Shown here piece by piece: positions 26,405 to 35,354 of a stretch of 64,000 bases of DNA (position 1 is the first letter of the stretch; every line of letters begins with the position of its first letter). The notes beneath the pieces are model-generated. The model was given only the letters and a program-made list of their open reading frames with translations. It did no database searches and was not told the DNA's origin. The stretch comes from Polyangiaceae bacterium (GTDB lineage Bacteria > Myxococcota_A > Polyangia > Polyangiales > Polyangiaceae). The stretch is taken from the NCBI GenBank assembly GCA_033763455.1, contig JANRKO010000060.1:1-64000 (forward strand). Reading direction: 5' to 3'. Made by a program: the position numbers and the translations under genes.

Positions 26405-27706
26405 ATGGAACGTAGAGAAGCTCTTAAGTTGTTGTTCGGTGCAAGTGGTGTGGGCCTGGCCGCTCTTTCAAGCGGCTTGCCGGCGTCGTTTTTGGTGCGC
26501 CCGCTCTCGAAGGTTTCCGCTCAGGCCGCGTGCGATGCTGCCAAATCGCAGTACCTCATCATGAGCATTTCGGGCCAGGGGGATGGGGTGAACGCGAACG
26601 TTCCCGGTAGCTACGCCTACCCGGATATCGTGCACGCGCCGGACCCATCCATGGCGAAAACCCCCATAACGCTTGCGGGCAAGAGCGTAGAGGGCGCCAA
26701 AATCTGGAGCACCTTGCCTCAAAACGTGCTGGATAGAACGGCGTTCATCCACCACAGCACCATGACCAACAACCACCCGAATTTGGCCAAGGTGATGCGC
26801 ATGATGGGCGCGACGAACCGCTCCGAGATGATCGCCTCCATCGCCGCGAAGCATCTTTCGGGGTGTTTCCAGACCATCCAGCCAGCGCCTGTCTCGGTTG
26901 GCGCTGGCTCCGGCTTCACGTACGTGGGCCGCACTTTGCCCAACCTTCAGCCAACGGCGCTCCGCGATTTGCTCGCCAAAGACGCTACTCCCCTCGGCAA
27001 TCTGCAAGCCCTGCGGGATAAAACGGTCGATGGCATCTACGGAGTCTTGAAGACGAACGGCACGCGCGCTCAGCTCGCGTATCTCGATTCACTGGCGCAA
27101 TCGCGCACTCAAGCTCGGTCTATTTCGGCCGATCTTCTGCAGATGCTCAGCCAAATCGACAACGATTCGGAGGCAGGTCAAATTCTCGCGGCGGTAGCTC
27201 TTATCAAAATGAACGTCGCACCCGCGATGCTCGTGAGGTTCAAGTTTGGGAGTGACAATCACAGCGATCAGGATCTGATGACTCGCGAAGTTCCCGAGCA
27301 GACAGCCGGGGTGGGTTACATCGCCTCGCTCATGCAAACGCTGGCCGCCAATGGCCTCCAAGATAAGGTTACCTTCGCTATGATGAACGTTTTCGGGCGC
27401 ACCCTGAAGAAGAAGGGCATGGAAGGCAGGGACCATTGGGCGGGCCATCACGTTACGGTGATGATCGGCAAGAACGTCAAAGGCGGCGTGGTTGGTGGCC
27501 TGGTGCCCACAGATAAGAACGACGATTACATCGCAAGCGCTATCGATTCAGCAACCGGCTTGGCTTCGGCCACCGGAGACGTGAGCGCCGATCTCACGCT
27601 TTCGTCCACCGGTAAGACGCTCAACGCCGTCCTTGGTGTTCCGAACGATGTCATTGACATGGGTGTCACTACGGGCAAGGTCTTCCCGACCGTGCTCGCT
27701 GGGTAA
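26405..27706 (+). CDS. DUF1501 protein, Tat substrate
   Basis: MERREALK, GDGVNAN, GSDNHSD, NVFGRTL...GRDHW, VMIGKNVKGGVVGG. Confidence 0.8.
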   Translation: MERREALKLLFGASGVGLAALSSGLPASFLVRPLSKVSAQAACDAAKSQYLIMSISGQGDGVNANVPGSYAYPDIVHAPDPSMAKTPITLAGKSVEGAKIWSTLPQNVLDRTAFIHHSTMTNNHPNLAKVMRMMGATNRSEMIASIAAKHLSGCFQTIQPAPVSVGAGSGFTYVGRTLPNLQPTALRDLLAKDATPLGNLQALRDKTVDGIYGVLKTNGTRAQLAYLDSLAQSRTQARSISADLLQMLSQIDNDSEAGQILAAVALIKMNVAPAMLVRFKFGSDNHSDQDLMTREVPEQTAGVGYIASLMQTLAANGLQDKVTFAMMNVFGRTLKKKGMEGRDHWAGHHVTVMIGKNVKGGVVGGLVPTDKNDDYIASAIDSATGLASATGDVSADLTLSSTGKTLNAVLGVPNDVIDMGVTTGKVFPTVLAG

Positions 27707-27900
27707 GCCGCCGTGTGGTCCCCAAGGCGTGTCGCTAGCCCACATAGTGGTTGCATTTTCGCGGTCCAAGCCGACTCATAGCCAGCCCCGTCTTCGTTGG
27801 AATGGTGGGTTTTTGGGCCTGCTTCGCTCAGTCCGCCCCAGACGCATGCGTGCTAAGGTACGAGGTGTCCGAGGCGAGGGAGCCCCAGCCAAGCCTGGAA

Positions 27901-28917
27901 ATGCTGCTGCCACAACGTGGAGCGGTTCGTCGGTTTGTCGCGCTTTTGAAAGGCCTGCGCAACGGGGGCAAAGCGATACTGCGACTTTTCGGCCGACGCA
28001 AAGAACGGCGAGAAACGAGCACTATTCTGATCACAGGGGCTAGCGCGGGAATTGGGCTTGAGCTCGCCAAATTGCTTTGCAAGGGGCCGCATCGATTGGT
28101 GCTAACGGCGCGAGCTGCATCACTTTCGCGCTTCGCTGAGCACGGAATAATGCCGAGTGAACGGGTGCTCCTCTTGCCCTTGGATGTTACCAAAGATGCA
28201 GAACGGCGCGCTGCCATCTTGGCGGTGGAGGAGCGATGGGGGGGAGTAGACGTCTTGGTGAACAACGCGGGTATCAGCTTTCGCGCCGTTGCCGAGCACC
28301 TCGCGGCTGAAGAACGCATGGCGCAGCTCGATGCCAATTTCATCGGGCCCATGGAGCTTGTGAAGCTGGTGCTGCCGCATATGCGTGGCCAGCGTTACGG
28401 CCGAATTATCAATGTTTCTTCGGTGGGCGGCATGACCGCCATGCCCACGATGTCTATCTACAGTGCCTCGAAGTTTGCGCTGGAAGGAGCCTCGGAGTCC
28501 CTCTGGTACGAGGTTCGCCCCTTTGGAATTGGCGTGTCCTTAGTTCGCCCGGGTTTTATCAATTCGGACGGCTTCCTAAAGACGAAGTTCACTTCGCAAG
28601 CCATGCACGCCCTCACGGATCTGAAAGATCCGTACCATGCGCACTATGTGAACATGGATGAACTCATCCACGCTCTGATGACGCTTACTTTCTACACTCC
28701 TAAGGACGTGGCTGAGACGATTCTGGACGTGATAAAGGCCAAGAATCCGCCGTTGTGGGTTGCCGGGACCCTAGATGCGCGCTTTTTCGATCTGTTGCGG
28801 CGCCTGCTCCCGGCGGGTCTTTACCATCGCTTGTTGTACGCCGGCCTTCCGCGCATCTGGCGTTGGGGACAGCGCGGAGAGATGGCGAAGAGTAGCTTGG
28901 CACCCCCGAAGCAATAG
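27901..28917 (+). CDS. SDR-family oxidoreductase
   Basis: TGASAGIG, NNAG, YSASK. Start is uncertain. Confidence 0.9.
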   Translation: MLLPQRGAVRRFVALLKGLRNGGKAILRLFGRRKERRETSTILITGASAGIGLELAKLLCKGPHRLVLTARAASLSRFAEHGIMPSERVLLLPLDVTKDAERRAAILAVEERWGGVDVLVNNAGISFRAVAEHLAAEERMAQLDANFIGPMELVKLVLPHMRGQRYGRIINVSSVGGMTAMPTMSIYSASKFALEGASESLWYEVRPFGIGVSLVRPGFINSDGFLKTKFTSQAMHALTDLKDPYHAHYVNMDELIHALMTLTFYTPKDVAETILDVIKAKNPPLWVAGTLDARFFDLLRRLLPAGLYHRLLYAGLPRIWRWGQRGEMAKSSLAPPKQ

Positions 28918-28942
28918 GTGACGCGAAGCCGCAATAGACCGT

Positions 28943-31312
28943 TCACTCAAAGGCTGCGCCCTTGGGCTCTTCGCTTCGAGCCCCCCCAAAAGTCCCACGT
29001 AGGCCAATCGAAGGCACCGTAATCGGCCCGAATTTTGCGGTTACGCAGCCTGTAGCGAAGCAAGATATGCCGAGCACTTCATCCTGGAAGGTTGCGTTGA
29101 GCATTTCCACAATCAGCATCAGATCGGACCAACTTGTTTTCCAGCTTTTGGAAAATCGAAGATCCCAACGCAAGAATGGTTCACTCCTGTCCCCCGTGCG
29201 CCCTTGAGTATCCCCAAATTTTCGAACGGGCAGGCCCGAATAGGCAAGGAAGCGCGTGCTCAAATGATAGCCGCTACCAAGATTGTAGCCCAACGTGGTA
29301 TTGACGATGTGCGTGCGGTCAAAGCTGGAAGGCACGTCCTCGGAGCCAATGTGTCGCGTTGAATGCGACACCGTGTAGGCGAGCGTGCCAGAGAGGGCAT
29401 TTGAAAAAGGCCTGCGCACTAAGAATTCCAGCCCAAGCGCGCGCCCATTTGGATGCAGGTCGAAGTTCAGATCTTCGGTGGGTGGCTCGCCGCCCTCAGG
29501 AGTGCTGCCAACCATGAGCGGATCGGGAACGGTGGAAAGGGAGAGGGGATCGGAGAGCGACAGGTATTCATTGTAAAATCCGGTAATTTCCCCGGTAAAT
29601 ACCAGCGGAACAGCGTAGCGTACTGTGAGTGCACGCTGAAGCGCCTGTTGAATTCCTCCACTCAGCCCTGCGGGCCGCACGGCGGGCGCAGGCACGGCGC
29701 TCGTGGGCGCTTGAGTACTGTAACCAATGGCCAAGATCGACTTCCAACGTTCGCTCATCTTGAGCGTAGAAGTGAGGCGAGGCTCAAAGGCAAGTGCTCG
29801 GTTGCCTACCGATTGATAACCTGCAACACGTAGCCCTGCGTCGATGTTTACGGGGTGTACTGGGGTAACGCTGGCTTCTGCCCAGAGCGCAGCTTGCGTA
29901 TCGACGCGGGTTACCGAGATGTTGTTGGTCTCGCCCACGAAATTGGAGGCACCTCCGGTGTCGTAGTTCTTCGCCTCAATAGACGCGCCACTGGCCCACT
30001 GCCACGCATCGCTCTCCCCGAAGCTCAGCGTGGTGCCCGCCCCCACCGATTGAGCCTTAAACTCTTCGTTTGCGTCGCCAAAACGTGAGCCTTCGATCCC
30101 CACGATCGCATAGCTATCGAGGTCAACGCCACGCGCAAGGTTGCGCTGATAGCCCACTTTGGCCCTGTGAAAAGTGCTGTCGATCTTGATATCGACATTG
30201 CCCAGTTGTTCTTGCCCCACAAAATCTCCCGCCCCAAAAACGAGCAGGCTGACCTGATCTCTCGCCGATAGGTGATAGGAGGTGAGCGATTGGTAATCCC
30301 AATAATTGAGGCGCAGCTTTGGGTTGATGAGCTGCAAGATGGGCCCTAAGTGGCTCACCTTGCCGCCCACCGCTACCGAGCCACGTCCGGTAGGTGTGCC
30401 CGCGTACACCGAAGACTCGAACATCTTGGCCTCAGCTTCGGCGCTTGCTTCGGGCACATCTGTTACTACCCGCGTGGTAATGACGCCGCTTGTGGCATCC
30501 CCATAGCGCGCGCGGTAAGGACCCGAATGCAGGGCCACTGCCTCAACGAAGAGCGGGTGCATCACCGAGGAGCCGGGCCCCACGTGGTAGAGCTGAGGCA
30601 CCTTGGCTTCATCGATGTAAAAGCCGACGCTCCCTGCTGGCGCTCCCCGTACAAAGAAGTACGGCACCCCAGAAATGAGAGGTGTGACGCCGGGCAAAAG
30701 TTCCACAGCGCGCAATGGGTCGCCAAAGGTTCCTGCCATGAGGCGTGCTTCGGCACGCTCAATTCCGCGCTCAGTCTCGTCGATGCGGGGCGCCACCACG
30801 ATGATGCTCAATGCTTCCGCGTCCGCTGTGGTTGCGGGTGTCGCAGACGGGGGAGCGGCGGGTGCTTGGGGGGCTTTCGTGGTGGCTGCTGGGTCTTTCC
30901 CCGCGGGTTTTGGGCTTGAAAAAGTGAAGTCTACGGCGACCAAGATTTTGGCAGGGATCGGCACTTCGCCACGACGAGCGGGCGTAAACACTCCCTGCTC
31001 TGCGGCGCGAACCGCAGCTGATGCGTAGGGTTCGTTGCCGCTTGCCACCTCCACGGCGGTTACTTGGCCCTGGGCATCCAGAGTAACACGCAGCACTACC
31101 CGTGCGTTGCCCTTGCCCGTTGTTGGATATTCTGGAGCAAGTGGCTTCAAGAGCTCCGGCATGCTGACGGGCGCGGAGGGAGCTTCAGCCCTCGCTGTTA
31201 AATGGCAGCCGAGCGACACTAGGAGTGCTTTAAGTGCAAGCGAGCTGCGGCTGCGACTCCAGCAACGGCGATGCGCGCTAGGATGGATTGCGCTTCGGGT
31301 CTTATGAATCAT
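28943..31312 (-). CDS. TonB-dependent receptor with N-terminal TonB C-terminal-like domain
   Basis: PEYP...VVLRVTLDAQGQVTAVEV...FTPARRG (TonB_C), plug GDPLRAVELLPGV...VRG...YIDE, and barrel FEPRL...FDRTH...PSIGLRGTF. Confidence 0.85.
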   Translation of the reverse strand: MIHKTRSAIHPSAHRRCWSRSRSSLALKALLVSLGCHLTARAEAPSAPVSMPELLKPLAPEYPTTGKGNARVVLRVTLDAQGQVTAVEVASGNEPYASAAVRAAEQGVFTPARRGEVPIPAKILVAVDFTFSSPKPAGKDPAATTKAPQAPAAPPSATPATTADAEALSIIVVAPRIDETERGIERAEARLMAGTFGDPLRAVELLPGVTPLISGVPYFFVRGAPAGSVGFYIDEAKVPQLYHVGPGSSVMHPLFVEAVALHSGPYRARYGDATSGVITTRVVTDVPEASAEAEAKMFESSVYAGTPTGRGSVAVGGKVSHLGPILQLINPKLRLNYWDYQSLTSYHLSARDQVSLLVFGAGDFVGQEQLGNVDIKIDSTFHRAKVGYQRNLARGVDLDSYAIVGIEGSRFGDANEEFKAQSVGAGTTLSFGESDAWQWASGASIEAKNYDTGGASNFVGETNNISVTRVDTQAALWAEASVTPVHPVNIDAGLRVAGYQSVGNRALAFEPRLTSTLKMSERWKSILAIGYSTQAPTSAVPAPAVRPAGLSGGIQQALQRALTVRYAVPLVFTGEITGFYNEYLSLSDPLSLSTVPDPLMVGSTPEGGEPPTEDLNFDLHPNGRALGLEFLVRRPFSNALSGTLAYTVSHSTRHIGSEDVPSSFDRTHIVNTTLGYNLGSGYHLSTRFLAYSGLPVRKFGDTQGRTGDRSEPFLRWDLRFSKSWKTSWSDLMLIVEMLNATFQDEVLGISCFATGCVTAKFGPITVPSIGLRGTFGGARSEEPKGAAFE

Positions 31313-33522
31313 CGTCCGATGCCGAGTAGGGCCTGGCGCCCTGGCTTTGGCAATAGTTCTGGGTTCCAGATCCGGTTTTCACGAATCAACGCGCGAGCCG
31401 CCATCACCGCGCTCACGGCCTCATTGGCCGCTTCCCAGGCTTGGCTTTCCGCGGTGCCAGGCGACAGAGGCAGCGGACGCAGTTCGTGCGGATCTTGCTC
31501 GGCGTAGACTTCCACACGGGGTGGGAGCGCACGCGCGATGACGCTCCTTGCACTTCGGGTCACGCGCACGAGCCCACCCGCCATGGGATTCATGGCTATA
31601 GCGCGCTGATCGCGCTCTTGAGAGGGAATCGTTAAGCTCCTGCCCATGGACGCGTGCAGCGTCTGGATCCCCAGCATCCCCATCAGCGTTGGCATCAGAT
31701 CGATACTGGAGCAGGGCGCGCCTTTTGGGGAAATATCTAGCGGCAGGAGGCGCTCTGGATGGCCCGGGCTCCACCACAACAAAGGCGTGTGCACGTTCTC
31801 TTCGTAGAGGGCAGAAGCCGGCATCCGGTTCCCCAGGTGCTGCTCGCTCGCATGCCCATGATCGCCGCTCATCACCACTAGGAGAGGGCGCCGACCAGGT
31901 TGCCGTGCCAAAGCGTCGATGGTCTTCACGAACGTGCCAAACGCGTGATCCACATAGGTGCTCGTGTGCCTCAGCTTCTCCCAAGTGCCGGCGCCTTCCG
32001 GGGCAGGGCGGCCTGGAATTATGTAGGGGTGATGGTTGGTGATGGTTTGGGCTAACAGAAAGAGGGGCGGCGTTTTGGTGGAACGTTGAGCTAGCAGCGC
32101 GGCTAGGTAGCTAAATAGATGTTCGTCCGCGACGCCCCAACGGGTTAACATTTGAGAGGCTGGTAGCGCCTTTAGGATTGCCTGGAAACCCTCTACATGC
32201 TGAAAGCCTATCTTTTCGGCGAACGCGCCTTGCGCGTCAAATGCGGGATCCCCATTTTGCACCATCTGCGTTTGAAACCCTTGCTCCTTCAGCACTTCCG
32301 GTAAACACCGAAGCTCTAGCGTAGGGAAAGAACGCGTGATGTTGGCGCCGAAATGTGGAATAAGAGAGCACATAGCCGACGCAAAGCCGGGCGACGTCTG
32401 GATGGCAGCCGTTTCGTAGCGCGTGAAGAGCCGTGCGTCTTTTCGGTGCGCCAAGGCGGAGAGCTCCTTGGCTACCGGTTCGCCGCCAGTTTCGCTGAGC
32501 ACGCGAGCGGGGAGCCCTTCGAATTCGATAACCAGCACGTCGGGAGGTTCCGCATCTAACCCCGAACAGTCTGCGTCGATGCCATCGCCGGGGGCATCGT
32601 GGGCACCGGGATGAATCTGCGGAGCTTGATCGTTGCAATCGTTTGTCAAAGGGAAGCCATCCCCATCATGGTCCTTGGCGCATTCTGCGCGCTTCGCCGC
32701 CCCCCATCGGCAAAGAACGTACGGAGTGCCGCGCAGCAATGGATAGTTCGCGTCGACAAAGCGTTCCGAAGCGTGGCTCGCTGCCGTCAAAATGGCCTCC
32801 CGACGCGCCACTTCGGGTGGAGTCTGAAAGCGTGCTCCGCGAAACTGAAACCACGCCCAGGAGAAACCATCTGCCGCTGCGAGCTGTTGGGCGCGATGAT
32901 CCAGGCTCGCCGTGGCCTGGGCGGCGCCCAAGAGAGCGAAGGCCGCAAGAATTACAGTGAGTGAAGAGCTCCACGTTCGCTGCAAGGCGACCGTACCTCT
33001 CCGTTGGTGACGCCGATGAGTAAAAAATCCAGCTGTTGCGCAACATAGCCCCAACCCCAAAGCCCAGCTGAACGCGTGCCCAAGCGGCACCGGCGACTCC
33101 AGATGCACCGAACGGAAGGGATCCCCGAGGTAGCTCAGCATGCTGAGATCGAACGGGACGTTCAGGGCTGCGAGCACACTGAGGTTAATGGAGCTCAGAA
33201 TAGTGGCAATACAGAGCAGCGCAGCGATCCCTACGAACGCCTTCCGACCTGCCCAGCCGAAGAGCCCGAGCAGCAAAATGCTCGCGCCTAGATCTTGCGC
33301 CACGCCAGCGAGCATGCCCAGAATCGCTCCACCCCGGTATTCCGCGAGCGGCGAATCGATCCAGACAAAGCCGGCTCTTCTCGCGATCCCCACTGCCACA
33401 TAGGCCGCCACTAACACGAGCTCGAGCGTGTGCTTCAGCAAATGCGTCTGCTTTGGGTAGCGCTTGTCCTCGGGCGGCTTCGTCACGGCCGGTACTTGGC
33501 GTCGGATACGAGGCAAAAGCAA
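31309..33522 (-). CDS. LtaS/sulfatase (alkaline phosphatase superfamily) membrane protein with an inserted MopE-like metal-binding motif
   Basis: About 5 TM helices, VLVIEFEGL, IQTS, TITNHHPY, SGDHG, SSIDLMPT, and the insert DHDGDGF...DCNDQAPQIHPGAHDAPGDGIDADCSG. Start is uncertain. Confidence 0.8.
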   Translation of the reverse strand: MLLPRIRRQVPAVTKPPEDKRYPKQTHLLKHTLELVLVAAYVAVGIARRAGFVWIDSPLAEYRGGAILGMLAGVAQDLGASILLLGLFGWAGRKAFVGIAALLCIATILSSINLSVLAALNVPFDLSMLSYLGDPFRSVHLESPVPLGHAFSWALGLGLCCATAGFFTHRRHQRRGTVALQRTWSSSLTVILAAFALLGAAQATASLDHRAQQLAAADGFSWAWFQFRGARFQTPPEVARREAILTAASHASERFVDANYPLLRGTPYVLCRWGAAKRAECAKDHDGDGFPLTNDCNDQAPQIHPGAHDAPGDGIDADCSGLDAEPPDVLVIEFEGLPARVLSETGGEPVAKELSALAHRKDARLFTRYETAAIQTSPGFASAMCSLIPHFGANITRSFPTLELRCLPEVLKEQGFQTQMVQNGDPAFDAQGAFAEKIGFQHVEGFQAILKALPASQMLTRWGVADEHLFSYLAALLAQRSTKTPPLFLLAQTITNHHPYIIPGRPAPEGAGTWEKLRHTSTYVDHAFGTFVKTIDALARQPGRRPLLVVMSGDHGHASEQHLGNRMPASALYEENVHTPLLWWSPGHPERLLPLDISPKGAPCSSIDLMPTLMGMLGIQTLHASMGRSLTIPSQERDQRAIAMNPMAGGLVRVTRSARSVIARALPPRVEVYAEQDPHELRPLPLSPGTAESQAWEAANEAVSAVMAARALIRENRIWNPELLPKPGRQALLGIGR

Positions 33523-33599
33523 GAAAAATGAGGCAAATGTGTGACGAAGAGGGGGCCTCTCTGACTTCCCGAGTGCGCCGCGGGACTGGCTACCCGGCG

Positions 33600-34024
33600 C
33601 TAGAGCACGCAGCCGATGAGTTCTTTGTCAATGGTGATCTCATCGAACCACAGTTCAAATTTCTGGGTGGTGTCTTGGTATTCGGCCCAGCCAAACCAGA
33701 TCGCGTTGAACTCGGGCAAGAGGAAGGGCTTGTCCGCGTTGCCGCCGTGTTGGGTGGCGGGCGTTGTGGCGAGCGAGGGATGTTCGACACCGTCCAGAAA
33801 GAACTTCGTTTCGTCTGTCGTGTAGTCCCCCAGCCACTCGAGGCAGAGCCACTTCTTTTCTTCTACTGGCTGGGCTGCGCCCTTCGGATCGTCGTCGGCA
33901 TTCGTCCAATCGCCGGTGCCTTCTGGCTGATTGCGGTTGTCAGTGCCTACGCCCCAGAAATTCAGGGGCGTTGGTTGTTGTAACGCTTCTGAAGTTGGCC
34001 ACCGAGGCGCACCTCGCCGGCTAC
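33600..34024 (-). pseudogene. 5'-truncated, frameshifted Cip1-like/polysaccharide-lyase-like beta-sandwich gene
   Basis: C-terminal part reads KWLCLEW...FFLDG...WFGWAEYQ...LWFDEITID..IGC. The upstream GEVRLGGQ (33995-34021) lies in a different frame, with a shift near the 4-C run at 33965-33968. No signal peptide. Confidence 0.6.
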
Positions 34025-34125
34025 GAATGTGCGTGTGACACACACCGATGCGTGCGAGCTTGATAGCTGCCGCTGAAGTCCAGGCGCAGCTAGCGAACCG
34101 TGAACGCTGAACATCAAGGGGTTGT

Positions 34126-35274
34126 TTAGGGGGCGTATTCGAGCACAAGCCGCGGTGGAAACGGACCACGGGTGTTGTCGTAGACGGTGCCATTGGGGTC
34201 GACAGGAAGAACCCCGAGGTACAATGCACCCGGTGCTGGTATCCGACGGACGGGAATAGGCCAGGTAACCACCTGTCCTTGTGTTACGGGACCCACATCT
34301 GTCGCGAGCGGGGCGGCCCCAACGGGCGCCGGTATCTGGTTAAGAGTTGCGAGGTCGAAAGCCGCCACAGGCCAAACTTCTCCGGAGAATTGAGACGCAG
34401 TAGCTGGGTCGTTGGAACCGGTGAGTTGGAGTGAGGCCGACACGAGTTTTTGGAAAGGAGGTGCGCTCGGGATCGTGAACTTCAGGTAGCCGCGCTGCTC
34501 AGCGCCGCTTGTCATGTCCATGAGGTCCACCGCAAGCGTGCCCGCCCCCGTGAGCCCTTCGCAATAGCTTGGATCGCTGCTGGAAAGGTCGACGCATTCG
34601 GCAATATCCGCCGTCAGAGTCACTGGTATACAGCTCATGCCCGACGTGCCGCCGTTGCAGGTTAGCATATTGCCAGCTCCCGCACTTCCCCCAGTTCCGG
34701 CACTTCCCCCAGTTCCGGCACTTCCCGCTGTTGCCCCTGTGCCCAAAGTTCCGCCAACTCCCCCCGCAGCCAGCGCTCCTCCAAAGCCGCCGCTAGCGAG
34801 TGAACCTCCCGTGGCAATATTGCCGCCTATGCCGCTGGTCGCCGTACTTTGTACGACGACGCCGAGCGCTTTTTGCGCGGTTGCTCTCCCGCCTTTGGGA
34901 GTCTCCAGAACTAAGTCGTAGGCTCCCGGGGGCAGAGTTGCTGGCGCCAAGAAGGTGACCGTGGTGCTGTTTTGCTGCACTCCCGGTAGGGCAACTTCTG
35001 TGCTTCCCTCGCGTAAGCGCACAACGAAAGCGTTGTCGACAACGATACTTGAACTTGAGTCAAGATCTATGCGAGCCAGCCCGAAGAAATTCCTCCCTGA
35101 AATGGTTACAGTGCTTGACCTTCGTTCGCTGATCACCGCTGGTGAGACGCCCGTGATAACTGGTGAGGGCTGTTCAATGTTGCCGCAGCTTGTCATTAAC
35201 GCCGCACCGAGCAGTGGCGTTCGAGCACCCTTTGGCGACACGGAGCGTAGAGCCTTGAGCCAAGAAGATGACAT
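34126..35274 (-). CDS. Lipoprotein with IPT/TIG domain, Gly-rich linker and DNRLRE-like C-domain
   Basis: Lipobox MTSC, PVITGVSP...VTISGRNF...PGAYDLVL, and RGYLKF...VSASLQL...PPRLVLEY. Confidence 0.7.
   Translation of the reverse strand: MSSSWLKALRSVSPKGARTPLLGAALMTSCGNIEQPSPVITGVSPAVISERRSSTVTISGRNFFGLARIDLDSSSSIVVDNAFVVRLREGSTEVALPGVQQNSTTVTFLAPATLPPGAYDLVLETPKGGRATAQKALGVVVQSTATSGIGGNIATGGSLASGGFGGALAAGGVGGTLGTGATAGSAGTGGSAGTGGSAGAGNMLTCNGGTSGMSCIPVTLTADIAECVDLSSSDPSYCEGLTGAGTLAVDLMDMTSGAEQRGYLKFTIPSAPPFQKLVSASLQLTGSNDPATASQFSGEVWPVAAFDLATLNQIPAPVGAAPLATDVGPVTQGQVVTWPIPVRRIPAPGALYLGVLPVDPNGTVYDNTRGPFPPRLVLEYAP
34682..34726. repeat. In-frame 18-bp tandem repeat (2.5 copies) encoding the GSAGTG linker
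   Basis: GCACTTCCCCCAGTTCCG x2.5. Confidence 0.8.
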
Positions 35275-35354
35275 GAGCGGGAAGTGGGCCAAAAAATAGG
35301 GATCCGTTGTTCGGATCTACGGCCGCTCGCCCTGAAGCTTGAGCCAGCACGGAT

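Noticed and set aside
34682..34726. 18-bp tandem repeat as a CRISPR or contingency locus
   Set aside because: No spacers; it is in-frame and only encodes a Gly-rich linker.
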